DNA of 64,000 bases. Origin: Alphaproteobacteria bacterium. Lineage in GTDB: Bacteria; Pseudomonadota; Alphaproteobacteria; Micropepsales; Micropepsaceae. The notes beneath the pieces were generated by a model. The model saw only the letters and a program-made list of their open reading frames with translations, had not been told where the DNA came from and searched no databases. The stretch covers positions 17,771-81,770 of the forward strand of contig JAATGP010000007.1 in assembly GCA_015654635.1 (NCBI GenBank). Direction: 5' to 3'. A program made the translations under genes and the position numbers. Shown piece after piece: positions 63,006 through 64,000 of the stretch (position 1 is the stretch's first letter; the number at the start of each line of letters is the position of its first letter).

Positions 63006-63434
63006 CAATGCCTTGGCCCGCGCTTCAAAGGCGCTAGCCATTTGCATCATCACGATACCGAAGGCTTTGCCCGCCACGGCATTGAGCAACGGATTGCGAA
63101 ATTCGAAGGCGATCGAGAAATCGACACTGCAGCCCTCGTCTTTCGGCGTGAAGCGCCAGTGGTTTTCAAGTTGTCGGAACGGTCCGCCCTCGGTCTTCAC
63201 CACATCGACCTTGTGGGCCACCGGGTCCAGCGTGACGCGGCTGATATAGCGTTCCGAAAGCCCCGCAAAGCCAACACGCATTTCGGAATCGAAAACCGTA
63301 TCCGAGAGGCGGCGGACGATGGAAAGCCCCGTCACCCAAGGCAAAAACTGCGGATATTTCTCCACATCCGACACCACGGCATACATCATATCCGCCGTAT
63401 ACGGAAGAACACGGGATTCGCGATGCGCCGGCAC
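62988..63434 (-). CDS. SRPBCC-fold RatA/COQ10-like protein
   Basis: VVSDVEKYPQFLPWV START/polyketide-cyclase-like signature. Sits in the conserved position downstream of lipA. Confidence 0.75.
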   Translation of the reverse strand: MPAHRESRVLPYTADMMYAVVSDVEKYPQFLPWVTGLSIVRRLSDTVFDSEMRVGFAGLSERYISRVTLDPVAHKVDVVKTEGGPFRQLENHWRFTPKDEGCSVDFSIAFEFRNPLLNAVAGKAFGIVMMQMASAFEARAKALSQEAL

Positions 63435-63435
63435 G

Positions 63436-64000
63436 TTACGCCTTGGCCGCGCGCGCCGCTTTCATCTCAGCGAAATCGGCATCGGCGTGATAGGAGGAGC
63501 GCGTCAACGGGGTGGCCGAGACCATGATGAAGCCCTTGGCGCGGGCGGTCGTTTCCAGGCTCTTGAATTCGTCCGGCGTCCAAAAGCGGTCGAGCGCGGC
63601 GTGTTTGCGGGTCGGCTGGAGATATTGGCCGATAGTGAGGAAATCGACACCCGCAGCGCGCAGATCGTCCATCACCTGCATGATCTCTTCGCGGGCTTCA
63701 CCGAGGCCCACCATCAAGCCGGATTTGGTAAAGCCGTCCGGCACCAATTCCTTGGCCCGGTCGAGCAGCCGCAGCGATGTGTAATAGCGCGCGCCGGGCC
63801 GGATGCCGAGATAGAGCCGCGGCACGGTTTCCAGATTGTGGTTGAAGACGTCGGGGCGCGCTTCCATCACGATCTCGACGCCGCCCTTCTTGCCGCGAAA
63901 ATCGGGCGTCAGCACTTCGATGGTGGTATCCGGGCTGGCGCGGCGCACTGCATGGATGGTGTCGGCAAAATGTTTGGCGCCACCATCGGCCAGATCATCG
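63436..64000 (-). CDS. lipA: Lipoyl synthase, C-terminal part (N-terminus beyond window)
   Basis: [41 protein letters not shown]. The frame is open to the window edge. Confidence 0.9.
   Translation of the reverse strand, partial: DDLADGGAKHFADTIHAVRRASPDTTIEVLTPDFRGKKGGVEIVMEARPDVFNHNLETVPRLYLGIRPGARYYTSLRLLDRAKELVPDGFTKSGLMVGLGEAREEIMQVMDDLRAAGVDFLTIGQYLQPTRKHAALDRFWTPDEFKSLETTARAKGFIMVSATPLTRSSYHADADFAEMKAARAAKA

Noticed and set aside
62988-63434. RatA-family protein as a type II toxin-antitoxin module
   Set aside because: There is no adjacent antitoxin-sized gene. The lipA-adjacent SRPBCC/COQ10-like gene is a conserved housekeeping neighbour in alphaproteobacteria.

Overview
Visibly GC-rich chromosomal segment with alphaproteobacterial (Hyphomicrobiales/Rhizobiales-like) synteny: ntrBC-ntrYX-hfq-hflX, ispDF-pgpA-cinA, rlpA-dacC-tmk-holB-tatD. 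All calls rest on reading the translated ORFs and the DNA by eye; no searches were run. Layout: (1) 0.8-17.5 kb is an accessory-looking stress/envelope region. It holds dps, a SYLF protein, an LpxR-like and an RcnB-like protein, and a 1477-aa CheB-CheR-PAS-HK-REC-REC-LuxR single-polypeptide fusion. It also holds a run of eight small secreted or membrane proteins, including a collagen-like lipoprotein and two <60-aa ORFs missing from the ORF track, and a type III PKS-ICMT-MFS operon. (2) 17.6-22.8 kb holds an HD hydrolase, an SDR/AraC pair bracketed by a ~50-bp direct repeat, and a signal-peptide-less BtuF-like protein coupled to a membrane protein. (3) 22.8-40.4 kb is a carbon and B12 block. 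It contains a cobalamin-riboswitch-controlled class I RNR and a glyoxylate-shunt operon in which aceB and aceA are each followed by a paralogous small ORF. It also contains two ScfR (RamB/PrpR-like) regulators, a methylcitrate operon and a second cobalamin riboswitch on metE. (4) 41.4-43.9 kb is AT-richer degenerate DNA plus a large serine recombinase whose ORF runs into tRNA-Ser(UGA). (5) 44-64 kb is housekeeping. The three observations I rate highest are: a 21-nt motif (TGAGTAGwTTCCGAnGCTGyC) present seven times, always sense-oriented upstream of stress/envelope genes that flank the giant kinase; the paralogous small ORFs interleaved in the glyoxylate operon; and the all-in-one CheB/CheR kinase-regulator fusion. 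No rRNA, CRISPR array or complete IS element was seen.
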